From NCBI GenBank assembly GCA_965208325.1, contig OZ242326.1, positions 352,001 through 416,000 on the forward strand: 64,000 bases of DNA, written 5' to 3'. This document shows, in pieces, positions 40,486 through 51,536 of the stretch. The position numbers and the translations under genes were made by a program. The notes under the pieces are model-generated. The model was not told the origin of the DNA, searched no databases, and was given only the letters and a program-made list of their open reading frames with translations. The DNA comes from Candidatus Poribacteria bacterium. GTDB lineage: Bacteria > Poribacteria > WGA-4E > PCPOR2b. Each line of letters opens with the position of its first letter. Position 1 is the first letter of the stretch.

Positions 40486-41241
40486 ATGCGCATGAATATA
40501 AAGTTGTTTTGTATTATGTTGGCGGTGTCGTCTACTTGGGCTTACGCAAAACCTAAGTTTGAAGATATAAGAGTATTTGAAGCCTCCAGTCGGGGGGAAA
40601 TTTTTATTATTAATGGAAATGAAAAGGCAATCTTGTCGTCCCCTGCAGGAGTGTTCGACATTAAGTGTTTGCAGCAAGGCATACCTCGAGGCGTCTTTTT
40701 TATTGGGGGAACGAGTATAGTACAGATAGAAGAAACATCGTGGGATAAAAGGAAACAGGGCTATTTGGCGCATTTTGAAAATGAAAGCGTAGTGTTTAAA
40801 CCATTGGATGTTTTTCCGAAGAACACCATTCAAAACGTCAAGTTACTGCACAATTCAAGGAGATTTAGTGTTTACGAGAAAAACGCTTCAGTAGTCGTTT
40901 TTAACATAGATACTAAAAAAGTTGTAGAGCCCGAAAAGAACACTTCCTCTGGAAAATCATTTAGAGATGGGTCACTAACATTTCTGATACTCGATGAAAG
41001 TAAAGCACAAATGTACGGAAATCAGGGAAGTGACTCTATCGAATTTTATAGAGACAAGAATTGCCTAATATTTACGGAAACAACGCCGGTTGGAAGCAAA
41101 CATGTTTTCATAATTTCAGACAAATATGACCCCGGTGAAATGGGCTTCAGATACACCTATGTGAGAAACACTTTGAATATAATCTTCAGCAACGAGTTGA
41201 TTCGCACAACTTCACATGGACTAGTAAAGGTAGATTATTAG
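40486..41241 (+). CDS. AT-rich secreted hypothetical protein
   Basis: Signal peptide MNIKLFCIMLAVSSTWAYA; visibly lower GC than neighbours. Confidence 0.65.
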   Translation: MRMNIKLFCIMLAVSSTWAYAKPKFEDIRVFEASSRGEIFIINGNEKAILSSPAGVFDIKCLQQGIPRGVFFIGGTSIVQIEETSWDKRKQGYLAHFENESVVFKPLDVFPKNTIQNVKLLHNSRRFSVYEKNASVVVFNIDTKKVVEPEKNTSSGKSFRDGSLTFLILDESKAQMYGNQGSDSIEFYRDKNCLIFTETTPVGSKHVFIISDKYDPGEMGFRYTYVRNTLNIIFSNELIRTTSHGLVKVDY

Positions 41242-41558
41242 GTAACTAATCGAGAGGAAGAAAACTCAAATGATGCGCAAGGGAAGCGGCAAATTGCCGC
41301 AATCTAGTATGAACGAAGCCAAAGTACCATATCGCAGCATAAATTCACCATTCGAAAAAAGAGTGCTTAAATTTTGTGATTTGCGCATTACGGCGAACGT
41401 ACACCAAACGCAATAAGCCGCGCCGAATTCATAATCAGCTAATGAAAAATTGCGCTGCATCGTACACTTAATTACGCAATCTGTATTTACGATATGCATA
41501 CGAAACACTGTGCGCGTTTAAATATCTCCGCTCAACCCAATCTACAAACGCTGCTAAA

Positions 41559-41978
41559 TCAAAACATGCGTTCACCGGGTAGAACCGACGCTTGCCGAAT
41601 CCAGCCCGCCAATAACTCCTCGTCGAAAGGATCGTCCTCGTGGATGTGAAAATAGCGCACCGCCTCATGTTTGGATTTAACGGGCGGCACGGGTCGCAGT
41701 GACGCGCCGTTTAGGAAGGTCACCTTGACATACTTTGTGAAGCAATGGAACGAGAGGAACCAACCTTGCCCTTCGATCCCATAGAAGGGTGAGTTCCACC
41801 TCACCGCTTTGCGCACTTCGGGCACGGTGCGCGCGATGAGTGCATCGAGGTTGCGTCCAACGTCCTGTTTCCATCCCGGCATGGCTGCGATGTACGCTTG
41901 GACAAGTGCGTCCCCGTCACCTTTTGGAATTTGCGGGTTGCCCCCGGAGAGAAGTTTCGGTTCGGATGAGTTTTTCAT
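41559..41978 (-). CDS. DUF1801 domain protein
   Basis: LLSGGNPQIPKGDGD, KAVRWNSPFYG, SFHCFTKYVKVTF, WIRQAS. Confidence 0.85.
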   Translation of the reverse strand: MKNSSEPKLLSGGNPQIPKGDGDALVQAYIAAMPGWKQDVGRNLDALIARTVPEVRKAVRWNSPFYGIEGQGWFLSFHCFTKYVKVTFLNGASLRPVPPVKSKHEAVRYFHIHEDDPFDEELLAGWIRQASVLPGERMF

Positions 41979-42177
41979 AATTATTATTGTACCATATTAC
42001 GATCATGTAGTCATTGGTGCAAGTTTGAAATAGAGAGTATAACCGGCGTGAACGGAGAGCACTCCACCATGACTTAGCTTCGGCACAAAATTTACCGTGG
42101 TTATGGGAAAATTTCCACCGCTAAGGATGAATTGAGCGCCGAGAAATCATCAATTTTACATAAATCCAAATCGAATA

Positions 42178-42410
42178 TGTAGGCTGGGTTGAGCAATTTT
42201 TTCGGTACTAGTGAAAAAATGCACGAGTTTGGTCTGTTGATTGCATTGAACGCGTGTTTGCGGGAAGTGAAACGCCGCGTTTTTTGGTTTCCTGGACGCT
42301 TTAAACCGTTGGGTTTTGCTGCATCGTGCGCTTGATGAAACCATCCGGACAACTCAAACCGCATAAGGACTAGCGCGCGCTCAAAAATGTTTCCGCTCTA
42401 TCCAACCTAC
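42178..42410. repeat. GTAG-type REP doublet
   Basis: TGTAGGCTGGGTTGAGC ... GCTCTATCCAACCTAC. Confidence 0.65.
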
Positions 42411-42415
42411 TAGCA

Positions 42416-44347
42416 CTACCAACCCCACTCAGTAAAATACGGGAAGATTCTGTACACATGCTGCCCGCGTATCTCGCCGAAGATTGTCCATAAACTGCCG
42501 ATAACGTGTTGGCCCAAGATTATGCCAATAAAGAACGGTACCATGCGACGATTGAGCTGAATCCCGCCGAACTTTAGAATTACCCACTTAATCAGCCACG
42601 CGGCAAAGACTGAAAACCAGATTCCGCCCATCATCCAACCGCATGCCACGGCATAACCGACGGGATGGAACGGGAATGCAAGGAATCGTTGATGCAATAG
42701 ACGAAGGACGACAGTGATACCCGCGCCCATCCCAACGTCGCGAAGCATCGGATAGTTCTGATCGCGCGGGTGTTTAATCCAACTGTCCAACATTCGGAAA
42801 CCGTTGTGGCCGATATTGTGGTAAACGTTGTCCGCGCCGAAGCGGTACATGTTGTCGAGCAGCGCCCAAAAACCGGCAAATGTGCCAACAATTGAAGCGA
42901 TAACCATTGCAATTAAGAAATGCCGGCTGCGGGCATTTAGCAGTTGCGCCATCTTGAATCCTTCAATCTGATGACCAACCGGATGGGAGCGGTATGCGCG
43001 GCACATCCAGAACAGATGGCTGAACATGGCGATATTCGTCACCCCGATACGCCGTGAGCCGAATACGTTCAATAGCATCTGATCCGGCCCCATAAACTCG
43101 GCGTCGTGTGCTGGAGGACCTATCTCGGCACGAATGCGAGCTATAGCAACGGCATAGAGAATATATACGAGTAGAAACAGAAGAACGACCCACGCGGACA
43201 TGCGGGCGTATCCGAGGAACGCCACCATAGACACGACACCAAGGACGATGCCGATGATAGCCGATCGGTAGCTCATTGCCTCGTTTGCGGCAGTTTCAGG
43301 CGTTTTGCCCCGGACAACCTCTGTGAACACTTGCTTTAGATGGTTTCGTGCAGACCACAAAGGTAAAATTGCTAAGACTATCCATGCCCCCGCAGTTTGG
43401 TAACTTCGGAATGGCCCTGGTGTTGCCCAGATGCCCACCGCATCTCAATACACTAAGTCCGCCTTCCAGAAAAGATGGAAGAACCAAGCAGAAAACGCCA
43501 GATTCAGCGGCAAGAAATAAGCCATACCGACCACGAAGGGGTAGACCGCCAACGGCAGCCAACCGACAGCATTCCACGGCTTTTCGGTGAAGAATCTGCC
43601 GAGATTGTAGATTGGCGCAAAATTCGGAGCTGCGGGCCACAAGCCGTGCAGCCCGTTGATGAGGTCAAATGCGCCGGCCAGCCCGAATCCTAGCCACAAC
43701 ATGCGGTTGGAAAGCAACCCGGTGCCGCCCTTTGCCATCTCCATCGGTAGTTGTATAACAGGATAGGCGAGTTTTTCATTTTCTGTCCACTGTTTGCGAA
43801 TGATTACGTTGATACACACAATTACGAAGAAGAGCACGATCAGAAAACTGCCCCAAGCTATAGCCGGGATTAGCCACGGCATGAAATGTTCCGAGACATA
43901 GAGAGAGGTTTCGCCGTGATGGTAACCTAGGAGCGCTGCCGGGTCGTAAACGGTTGCCCATTCGGGTACGTGTCTCCCGAAAAGCGTCATCCATTCGTTT
44001 TCTGGCGTCACAAACCAAAAACTCGTGAGGTGCTGAACCATGACGAGCAATAGGTCGTGTCCGAATATGCCGGTCGCGATGGCTGTCATCACATATATGA
44101 TGATGAGTTCTACGGGTTGAAAGGCGGCGCCGGGAGCGTATTTGTTAAGAATGGCGTTTAACACCAGCAGCAGGAATAGGGTGAACGTGACGTTGTAAAA
44201 TAGTGTGAAGAGTGTCGAAAAGACGGGCTGATAAACGGTTTCAGCGAGCGTCAGCCAATACAAATTGATAGGAATGAGGAGTGCGCCGATAATCAGTGCA
44301 CGGTATGAAATACCGGTGGGATTACGAGGGGTCGATCCAGCTTTCAA
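42416..44347 (-). pseudogene. DUF6785/DUF6784-type polytopic membrane protein split by in-frame TGA (43445-43447)
   Basis: The two ORFs share one frame (LVY*DAVGIW); joined 643 aa is collinear with the intact 635-aa paralog at 59754-61661. Confidence 0.7.
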
Positions 44348-44788
44348 ACGATCACCGGTGCGAGGGTTTTCAAACGTCTTAGCAAAAAGGAGGAATAGGA
44401 CGGAACAACGTTAAAACAATCACAATAACGGAGTGCGTCATTCTAGCACACAAGATTACACTGAACAACATGAAACAGATGTTCCATTGACCGTTCTACC
44501 GGACTATGCTAATCTGTAATTTCTGCGCTAAATGTAACCATTTATGGCTGTAGGCTGGTACGCATTCCGTTTGTTTCAGTAAAACCGAAATTCATTTTTG
44601 CTCTGCGGTAGGTTCGATTTTGCAGCCGAACCGGCATTCATCCATTCTTGTGGGTGCGGTTTGAATCCGCGCCAACCGAAACACATGCAAATACAAATGG
44701 AATTGACTGTAAATCGTAATATATTTGTTTAAATCGAATTTTCAAGGGAGAATGCTGCGCTGGAAATTCTATGACGTAGACGAATGCA

Positions 44789-45583
44789 ATGTTAATTTTC
44801 GCGCTGTTAATTGTAGTTGGAACGGGACTGCAGCGAATCAATCCCAACGCTTTGGGAGAAAGCGGATCAGGGTTACCCGACAATACACTCATCAACCTAC
44901 CGGAAGCGCGAAACGCGGCGTTTGCCGGCAAAGCTTGGGCAAACCAAGCGCAAGCCGCAGCAGCACCAAGCCTAACGCACGACTCTGACACTTGGGCGTT
45001 TGTTGTTAGCGGGCACTTACAAAGCAGTCAAAACCTGGGCGGCTATCTAGTCACGGTGCAAGATTTAACCACAGGCGATGTCATGACAGAAAGTGTGAGA
45101 GACGGCTACTTCGCCGCGGCTACAGCAAATCTCGCACGCCAAAGCGTGGTGAATGTTGGCGTCGCTTTAGAGGTCACCGTCACCGATACGACCGGCGAAA
45201 TTGCTTCGAAGCCGTTAATTTTCACGGTGACGCACAATGCGCTCCTAAACGCAGTACTTCCTTTAGTGCTTGATGGAGTAGGTGTACCGAAGCAGACGAT
45301 TTTATTGCAGAACTACCCAAACCCGTTCAACCCTGAGACATGGATACCGTATCATCTTTCCGAGGCAGGAGATGTGTCGACGACTATTTACGATACGACG
45401 GGCCAACACATTCGGATGCTATCGCTTGGCTTTCAGTCGGAGGGTTACTATCAAAGCCGTTCGCTCGCCGCCTATTGGGATGGGCGAAACGACCTCGGTG
45501 AACAAGTCTCGAGCGGGATTTACTCCTATCACTTGTCCGCCGGCGATTAAACTGCAACGCGGCGGATGGCGATTGTCAAATAG
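44789..45583 (+). pseudogene. degenerate T9SS-type protein lacking cargo modules, premature TAA at 45548-45550
   Basis: WAFVVSG domain plus LLQNYPNPFNPETWIPY; tail reads AGD*TATRRMAIVK. Confidence 0.7.
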
Positions 45584-45607
45584 CCCATCTCGAGTTGGAA
45601 AGGCAAG

Positions 45608-46096
45608 TCAACGACCTAACTTGACTCGCGCCCACAGTGTTAGTCGTTTTAAATTTGGACGCACAGAAGACGTTTTGTCGACTGGGTGCCCCGCCTGTTC
45701 CCATGCGAAAAACCCACCCAACAGCACCGCAACATTCTCTGGATTAAAGCCAAATTTATCAATTAGCTGGCGTGCCGCACGGACACTGGTGGCTTCGGCC
45801 GGTCAGCTTCAGTAAAAAACGACAAACGGCTCATTTTTGAGCTCCTGATGCCTCGTGGAGATGTCACTAATCGGCATAGAGACGGCATTCTGAATATGCC
45901 CGTTGTCGTAGGCGCCTTTGATGCGGACATCTATAATCACGACATCATCACCTGCATCCAACCGGGCTTTGAGGTCAGCGACCGTAATTCGCTGCACATC
46001 TTCAGGAGGCGCTTGAGCGGTCGAATGTGATGCGAAAGACGTTTGAAGGAGAAGGACGGTCAACAGGAAGAAAATGCACCTATATGTTTTTTTCAT
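45608..46096 (-). CDS. exported rhodanese-like protein with two in-frame TGA codons (Y-U-S-U-P), probable selenoprotein of 162 aa
   Basis: IIDVR...YDNGHIQNA...VVFY*S*PAEATSVRAARQL...VLLGGFFAWEQAGHPV completes the rhodanese fold only with readthrough. Confidence 0.85.
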
Positions 46097-46184
46097 CGGT
46101 TTTTCTCCAAGTGTTGGGTTTTGACTTTTGTAATTTTAAGGTGTTTTTCACGCCGGTGTCAAGAGTTTTCTGACATTGGTCAAA

Positions 46185-47750
46185 TCATAGGTTTTCCATC
46201 TCACCCGTCATCAGCAGCCCAATTGCCGGCAGTTCATGTCGAAACCGTGTTGCGTCCGCCAGTCCGCCGTTGTACATCACAAAGATGCGGTCGCTGAGTG
46301 CTAGCACTTCATCTAACTCGGTGGAGATAAGCAATACGGCGCGGTGATTCCGCCGCTGCTCAAGAAGCCGCTGCTGCACATAGTCCGCCGCGCTAATGTC
46401 CAGACCGCGCGTTGGGTTGACTGCAAGCAGTAGTTCCGGTGTTTGTGAGAGTTCCCTAGCAATGAGCACCTTCTGCTGATTCCCGCCGGATAAGAATTTT
46501 ACGGGTGAGTTCCGATTAGTAGTCCGGACATCATATCCCCGGATGAGTTCATCGGCATCAGCATTGATGCGTTTTCGATCCAACAACGGGCGCCAACGTT
46601 TAAGAAATTTGGAACCGCCCATGAGGCTGGTTCGATAGTTATCAAGTTGCTGAATGTTAAGAATTAGGTTTTCCGCAACTGTGAAATCGAGAATGAGTCC
46701 GGCGTTTTGGCGATCATCGGGGATATATCCATATTTCAATCGGCGTATTTGATTCGACAATAAGTTGGTGACGAATTTCCCGTTGAATCGAATTTCACCG
46801 TTGCGCGGCATTCGCAGTCCCATAATGGTTTCTGCAAGCTCAATCTGGCCGTTGCCGTCAACGCCGGCGATTCCGACGATTTCGCCTGTATTCACCTCAA
46901 GTGAGCAACTGTTTACAGCAATCTGGCCTCGACTTCCGACGACAGTTAGGTCCCGGATTTGGAGGTGTGCGGTGCCTGAGGCGTGCGGTTCGCGTTCAAT
47001 CTGCGGCGGGTCATACCCGACCATGTGTTTCGCCAGGTCTGGCGGTGATGCGTCTGCCGCATGTGTAGTCGCGACCCGCTTGCCGCGGCGCAAGACCGTA
47101 ATTCGATCGCTAATCTCCATGACCTCTTTGAGTTTGTGGCTGATGAAGATTATCGAGTTGCCTTCTGTCTTTAGGCGCCGCAGGATGGTGAAGAGTTCGT
47201 GGGTTTCTTGGGGGGACAGGACGGATGTCGGCTCGTCAAGCACTAAAATTCGCGGCTTGATGGAATCGTCCATCGTTGGATTGACCAGTGCCTTGAGAAT
47301 TTCAACGCGTTGCTGCATCCCCACCGACAATTGCCAAATTTTGGCACGCGGTTCGATCAACAATCCATAACGGCGGGAAAGTTCAAACACTAGCGCCTCA
47401 ACCGTTCGCCGCTTTAGGCGGAATTTGCCGCGTCTGAAATTATGCGCGATGTTTTCGGCAACGCTCAACGTGGGAATTAATGCAAAGTGTTGATGAACCA
47501 TGCCTATCCCGTGTGCAATTGCCGTGTTCGGCGAATCAATTAGAACTGGCTTGCCGTCAATCCAAATCTCGCCCTCATCGGGTTGGCACAAGCCGTAAAT
47601 CGTATTCATAAGGGTCGATTTACCGGCTCCATTCTCACCGAGTACCGTGTGGACTTCACCGCGCCGTAAAGTTAGATCCACACGGTCAACGGCGAGATTG
47701 TTTCCAAATGCCTTGGTGATGCCGCGAAGCTCTAGCGCGTAAGGTGTCAA
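46185..47750 (-). CDS. CUT2-type (nucleoside/sugar) ABC transporter ATP-binding protein
   Basis: [34 protein letters not shown]. Confidence 0.93.
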   Translation of the reverse strand: MTPYALELRGITKAFGNNLAVDRVDLTLRRGEVHTVLGENGAGKSTLMNTIYGLCQPDEGEIWIDGKPVLIDSPNTAIAHGIGMVHQHFALIPTLSVAENIAHNFRRGKFRLKRRTVEALVFELSRRYGLLIEPRAKIWQLSVGMQQRVEILKALVNPTMDDSIKPRILVLDEPTSVLSPQETHELFTILRRLKTEGNSIIFISHKLKEVMEISDRITVLRRGKRVATTHAADASPPDLAKHMVGYDPPQIEREPHASGTAHLQIRDLTVVGSRGQIAVNSCSLEVNTGEIVGIAGVDGNGQIELAETIMGLRMPRNGEIRFNGKFVTNLLSNQIRRLKYGYIPDDRQNAGLILDFTVAENLILNIQQLDNYRTSLMGGSKFLKRWRPLLDRKRINADADELIRGYDVRTTNRNSPVKFLSGGNQQKVLIARELSQTPELLLAVNPTRGLDISAADYVQQRLLEQRRNHRAVLLISTELDEVLALSDRIFVMYNGGLADATRFRHELPAIGLLMTGEMENL

Positions 47751-48026
47751 ACTTACGTTCTCCCCTTTTATTTTCGGCTGAAATTCTTAACCCTGGAAGC
47801 GTTTTCTTATGCCCTATCAAACCGGATTTTGTTTCAATAATACCAGATCTGGGTATGTCCCGCTATCAAAAAGCAAGCAGGCATGGCGGTGCGATCAGTT
47901 GTGAATTAGGTGTCTTCGATTGAAAACGGATAATTTTGCAGACAAGGGTAAATTGGTACACGGTCAGCACCGTATGGGCGCCGTTGCGTTGATTCCCGAC
48001 TTCTCCAACACCATGTCCCCGCTCGG

Positions 48027-50039
48027 TTACACAACGACCAGCTTCATTCCCCAAGTTTCGACAGCGGGCAAAACAAATTTATTGTACGCTCCATCCGTCC
48101 CATGGGAGCGGATCACGGTCTTAGCGCAGTGCATGTCGAAGACGCTTATTTCCTTCGTCGTTGTATGGAGCATAAGCGAAACGTTCTCCGCCCGATCGAG
48201 GCATGAATTGGTTACCGCGAGAGCTAGTCTCTCTGTTTCGGTTGTTCTGACCCACATGTTAATTTTGTGGAAGGAACTAATATAGGCCGGCAGGGTATCT
48301 TTTGAAAGCCAGCGTAAAAGGATTTTGAGCTGAGATGATTTAGAACCGTTTTGTAAAAACTTCCACGGATAGTACCCCGCGGCACATATTCTGCCGCCGA
48401 TGTGGTTTTCAAATACGCCCATGCAGCACGGAGCGGTTTCTCGCCCTGTGTAATCCACGATTCGCGCTAGGACTTTCGCGGTTTCACTAATCGGCTTAAG
48501 AACCGCGGCGGGGGACAGCCATGGTAAGAACGATTGGCGTGCATCACGCTTGCGTCCGGCAAAGGGCGCATTTAGCGGATGATTCGTGAATTCTTCGATG
48601 CAATCCTCGTTCAGGAAACGCTCGACCTCAAATCCGGTGAACTCACCGTACCCCATTTCGTTCAGGCAGATTAAGGCTTTCGCATCCATGTAAACCCCCG
48701 AAGACAGCATTTTTAACACTTGCTCGTCACTCATGGCTAAAACGCTGCTTTCGGACAGGGCGGTCACTGAAGCGCATTCCGGTGAATAAGCTGCGGGCAA
48801 TCCAATTTCTAGCAGTTCATCCGCATGCGATGCGCAGATACTTAGGACATTGTCGGCAAGCCAATCGCCTTCTGCCAAGTTGTTCACTGCATAAACATCT
48901 TTTCCCCACCCAGTATAAATTCCTATCGGTTTTTCTCTTTTGAAATGCCTTACCAGTAAATCATAAAAAGGCCTAGTATCCCGTAGTTTTCTCAGGAGCG
49001 GCTCATACTCATCAAGAGGCTCGTCATGTTGAGATAGTACATTGAAGGCGGCGCCCGTGCAACCTGCGGCGATATGCGACGAAGCTTCCAGCGCTGTCGC
49101 GGCGGCGCTTTTCTGCAGGCGTTGATACGGAAAATTCTCTATCTCGGATTGTATTGAGATGATGCTGTTTGGAAGCATGCATACCTGTCTCCCGACATCG
49201 TGGGACTTCCCAGCTAGCCCTCTCATGTAATCATCAAAATAGAAACCGCCCCCCGGCCGCCACATGACCTCTGACCCGTGGTCGCCGGACAAGACTTCAC
49301 TCCAATGGTGGAAATCATACCCCTCAAAAAACCGATCACCCGTCATGAATCCTAGCGGCAAACTCGGCTTCACCCGATGTACTGTGTGTTCTATCAATTT
49401 AAAAAGGCGAGCGATTGTATTGCGATTATGCTGCAGCCACGCCAGGCGCACCTCCAGCTTTTTCGCGGTGGAACCAGTATTAAATGCATCTTTAAGTGTA
49501 TCCCTCGTAAACTTGACCCCAAACTCCTCTTCAAATATGAGTAGGCAATTATCGCAAAAGCAGCCGTAACCAATGGGCATATGCCCAAAGCGTACATCGT
49601 CGTCTATCCAGATATAGTCGGGATGGGCACTAGTTACAATATTGTAAAGCTGACTGATATAAGTTCTCATGCCCTCATCGTTGGGACAAAATGAACCCAA
49701 GCAGATGTTACCGTAGATGTCCGTCATGCGGGTATAATCGGCAGCAAGAGAGTTGGGCAAGTTTTCGTTGTGATGGCCAATAGTGGTGAGAATGTTGATA
49801 CCCGTTCTGTAGCCCATAGACCGCAGTTGCGCCATGCGTTCACTCAGTAATGATACGTGTTCCTCAATTGTCTCTAAATCAAGCGGTGCGTGCGTTTCCG
49901 AGGTAAAAAATGTCACCTCATCGGTGAGTCCTTTGTATTTTTCTAATAATTTAACAAGCGACTGAAAGCAGCTTTCAGGCTGCCACTGGCTTATCCCAAT
50001 TCTAAAGGAAACCACAGCGTTCTGAATTCCGGGTTCCAT
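48027..50039 (-). CDS. hypothetical protein, possibly glycoside-hydrolase-like TIM barrel plus GATase-like domain
   Basis: FCPND, IWIDDDVR, CFCDNC motifs. Confidence 0.6.
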   Translation of the reverse strand: MEPGIQNAVVSFRIGISQWQPESCFQSLVKLLEKYKGLTDEVTFFTSETHAPLDLETIEEHVSLLSERMAQLRSMGYRTGINILTTIGHHNENLPNSLAADYTRMTDIYGNICLGSFCPNDEGMRTYISQLYNIVTSAHPDYIWIDDDVRFGHMPIGYGCFCDNCLLIFEEEFGVKFTRDTLKDAFNTGSTAKKLEVRLAWLQHNRNTIARLFKLIEHTVHRVKPSLPLGFMTGDRFFEGYDFHHWSEVLSGDHGSEVMWRPGGGFYFDDYMRGLAGKSHDVGRQVCMLPNSIISIQSEIENFPYQRLQKSAAATALEASSHIAAGCTGAAFNVLSQHDEPLDEYEPLLRKLRDTRPFYDLLVRHFKREKPIGIYTGWGKDVYAVNNLAEGDWLADNVLSICASHADELLEIGLPAAYSPECASVTALSESSVLAMSDEQVLKMLSSGVYMDAKALICLNEMGYGEFTGFEVERFLNEDCIEEFTNHPLNAPFAGRKRDARQSFLPWLSPAAVLKPISETAKVLARIVDYTGRETAPCCMGVFENHIGGRICAAGYYPWKFLQNGSKSSQLKILLRWLSKDTLPAYISSFHKINMWVRTTETERLALAVTNSCLDRAENVSLMLHTTTKEISVFDMHCAKTVIRSHGTDGAYNKFVLPAVETWGMKLVVV

Positions 50040-50528
50040 ACCAATGCCTCCCTTTCATTTGATCGCGGTTAATCGGTACAGATTACAAGGTTGTAAAGTA
50101 TAACACATCTGTTAACGCCGCGTCTTGGCAACGCCGTGTCAAAGGTTTTAAGCAATCCCGACCCTAGTTATGGAATTTCATAGCCGAACCAATAAAACAC
50201 TTGACAAAAACGGCGTAGATGAGTTATCAATATATTTGCGTTCGACCGGGGCATCACCCCATTTTTTTTGCGCGTTGCGGATGATGACTTCTTACGGAAG
50301 TGTAGTTAGTTAAAATGTTGAGCTCAATCACCCGGTGCATTGGTTGCGTATGTCAATAATTCTCGTGAAGGAACGAAACCAGAAAAAAAATGGATACACC
50401 CGCGAAATCTGAGTTTTGGGTGTAATCTTCCGATTTTTATTGGGCGTTCTAACGACTAACTATATTATCGGGACACCGCGTTCGGTCGTTCCCGCCAAAA
50501 TTTGCAAATTCGCGAGCAAAAGGCAAAA

Positions 50529-51536
50529 ATGTTATTTCCCAACCGGTACATGCGATGGATCCTGTGTCTAATGGCTCCCATTATTCTCATATCCGGCTGC
50601 GGTGAGGACGATGTTGATAGGTACGGCGGCAATCTCGCGCCAAAAATTTTTGCTTTTGAGGCAGAATCGGACATCGTTGAACCCGGTGCGCAGGTACGCA
50701 TTACACTCGACGCCCGCGATATTGAAGGGCAAAAGGTCACCGTCAGATGGGATGCAGCAGGAGGCGACATCGACGGAGACACTTTCGGCGCCGTTTGGAC
50801 TGCACCGGAACGGGAACGCAAGTATCAGATTGAAGTCAGGGTAAGCGACGGAGAAAAATCAACATCAAGCACCATAGATATCCAGGTGTGGCGGACGCGC
50901 CCCGGAGACTACTATCCGCTGGCAGTCGGGAATATATGGCGGTATCGCGACGATGAAGCCAACGAGATAATTTTTGAGATTGTGGATACAATTCAGATTC
51001 ATTTACAGGACAGTGATCCCGTAAAAAGTTTTGTGCTTGAAAAATACAGTAATGATGAGGATCTTGAAGGAATTAGCAACTTTTCCTATCTTGGCAGGCA
51101 GCTTGACGAAAATGGAGATTCTAGAGGCATTGTTCAGCACGCTCAAAATGTTACATCTGGCGGGCCGGATACGATACTCTTCGTTCCGTTCCTGCCGCTC
51201 TACAACTTTCCACTGATTCCCGGCAACACCTGGAGGACAAATTTTGAGGCGAGGTTAACTGGCGAATTGTTTCCAATTGGCGGCGGGAACGACCAGTTCG
51301 AGGTGGTATCTGAGGAGACGGTAACTGTTCCCGCAGGCACATTTGAAAATGTCTTTCAAGTTCAGGAGACGTTTAAGTGGAGCATTTTTGAACAGGATCT
51401 TGATACAACAATCGCCCAGAAGTGGCTCGCACCTGGTGTTGGTATAATTAAATTCACGCAGTCTCAGACTCGTGCCGGTGTAACCGTTGAAGTTGAATTT
51501 GAACTAGAGTCTTTTGAATTGGCGACTGATGATTGA
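50529..51536 (+). CDS. lipoprotein with Ig-like domain and C-terminal beta-rich domain
   Basis: ISGC lipobox; WTAP; YYPLAVGNIWRY; TVPAGTFE; WLAPGVGIIK. Confidence 0.75.
   Translation: MLFPNRYMRWILCLMAPIILISGCGEDDVDRYGGNLAPKIFAFEAESDIVEPGAQVRITLDARDIEGQKVTVRWDAAGGDIDGDTFGAVWTAPERERKYQIEVRVSDGEKSTSSTIDIQVWRTRPGDYYPLAVGNIWRYRDDEANEIIFEIVDTIQIHLQDSDPVKSFVLEKYSNDEDLEGISNFSYLGRQLDENGDSRGIVQHAQNVTSGGPDTILFVPFLPLYNFPLIPGNTWRTNFEARLTGELFPIGGGNDQFEVVSEETVTVPAGTFENVFQVQETFKWSIFEQDLDTTIAQKWLAPGVGIIKFTQSQTRAGVTVEVEFELESFELATDD

Noticed and set aside
44650..44680. tRNA-like GGTTTGAATCC
   Set aside because: No cloverleaf; part of a small palindromic repeat
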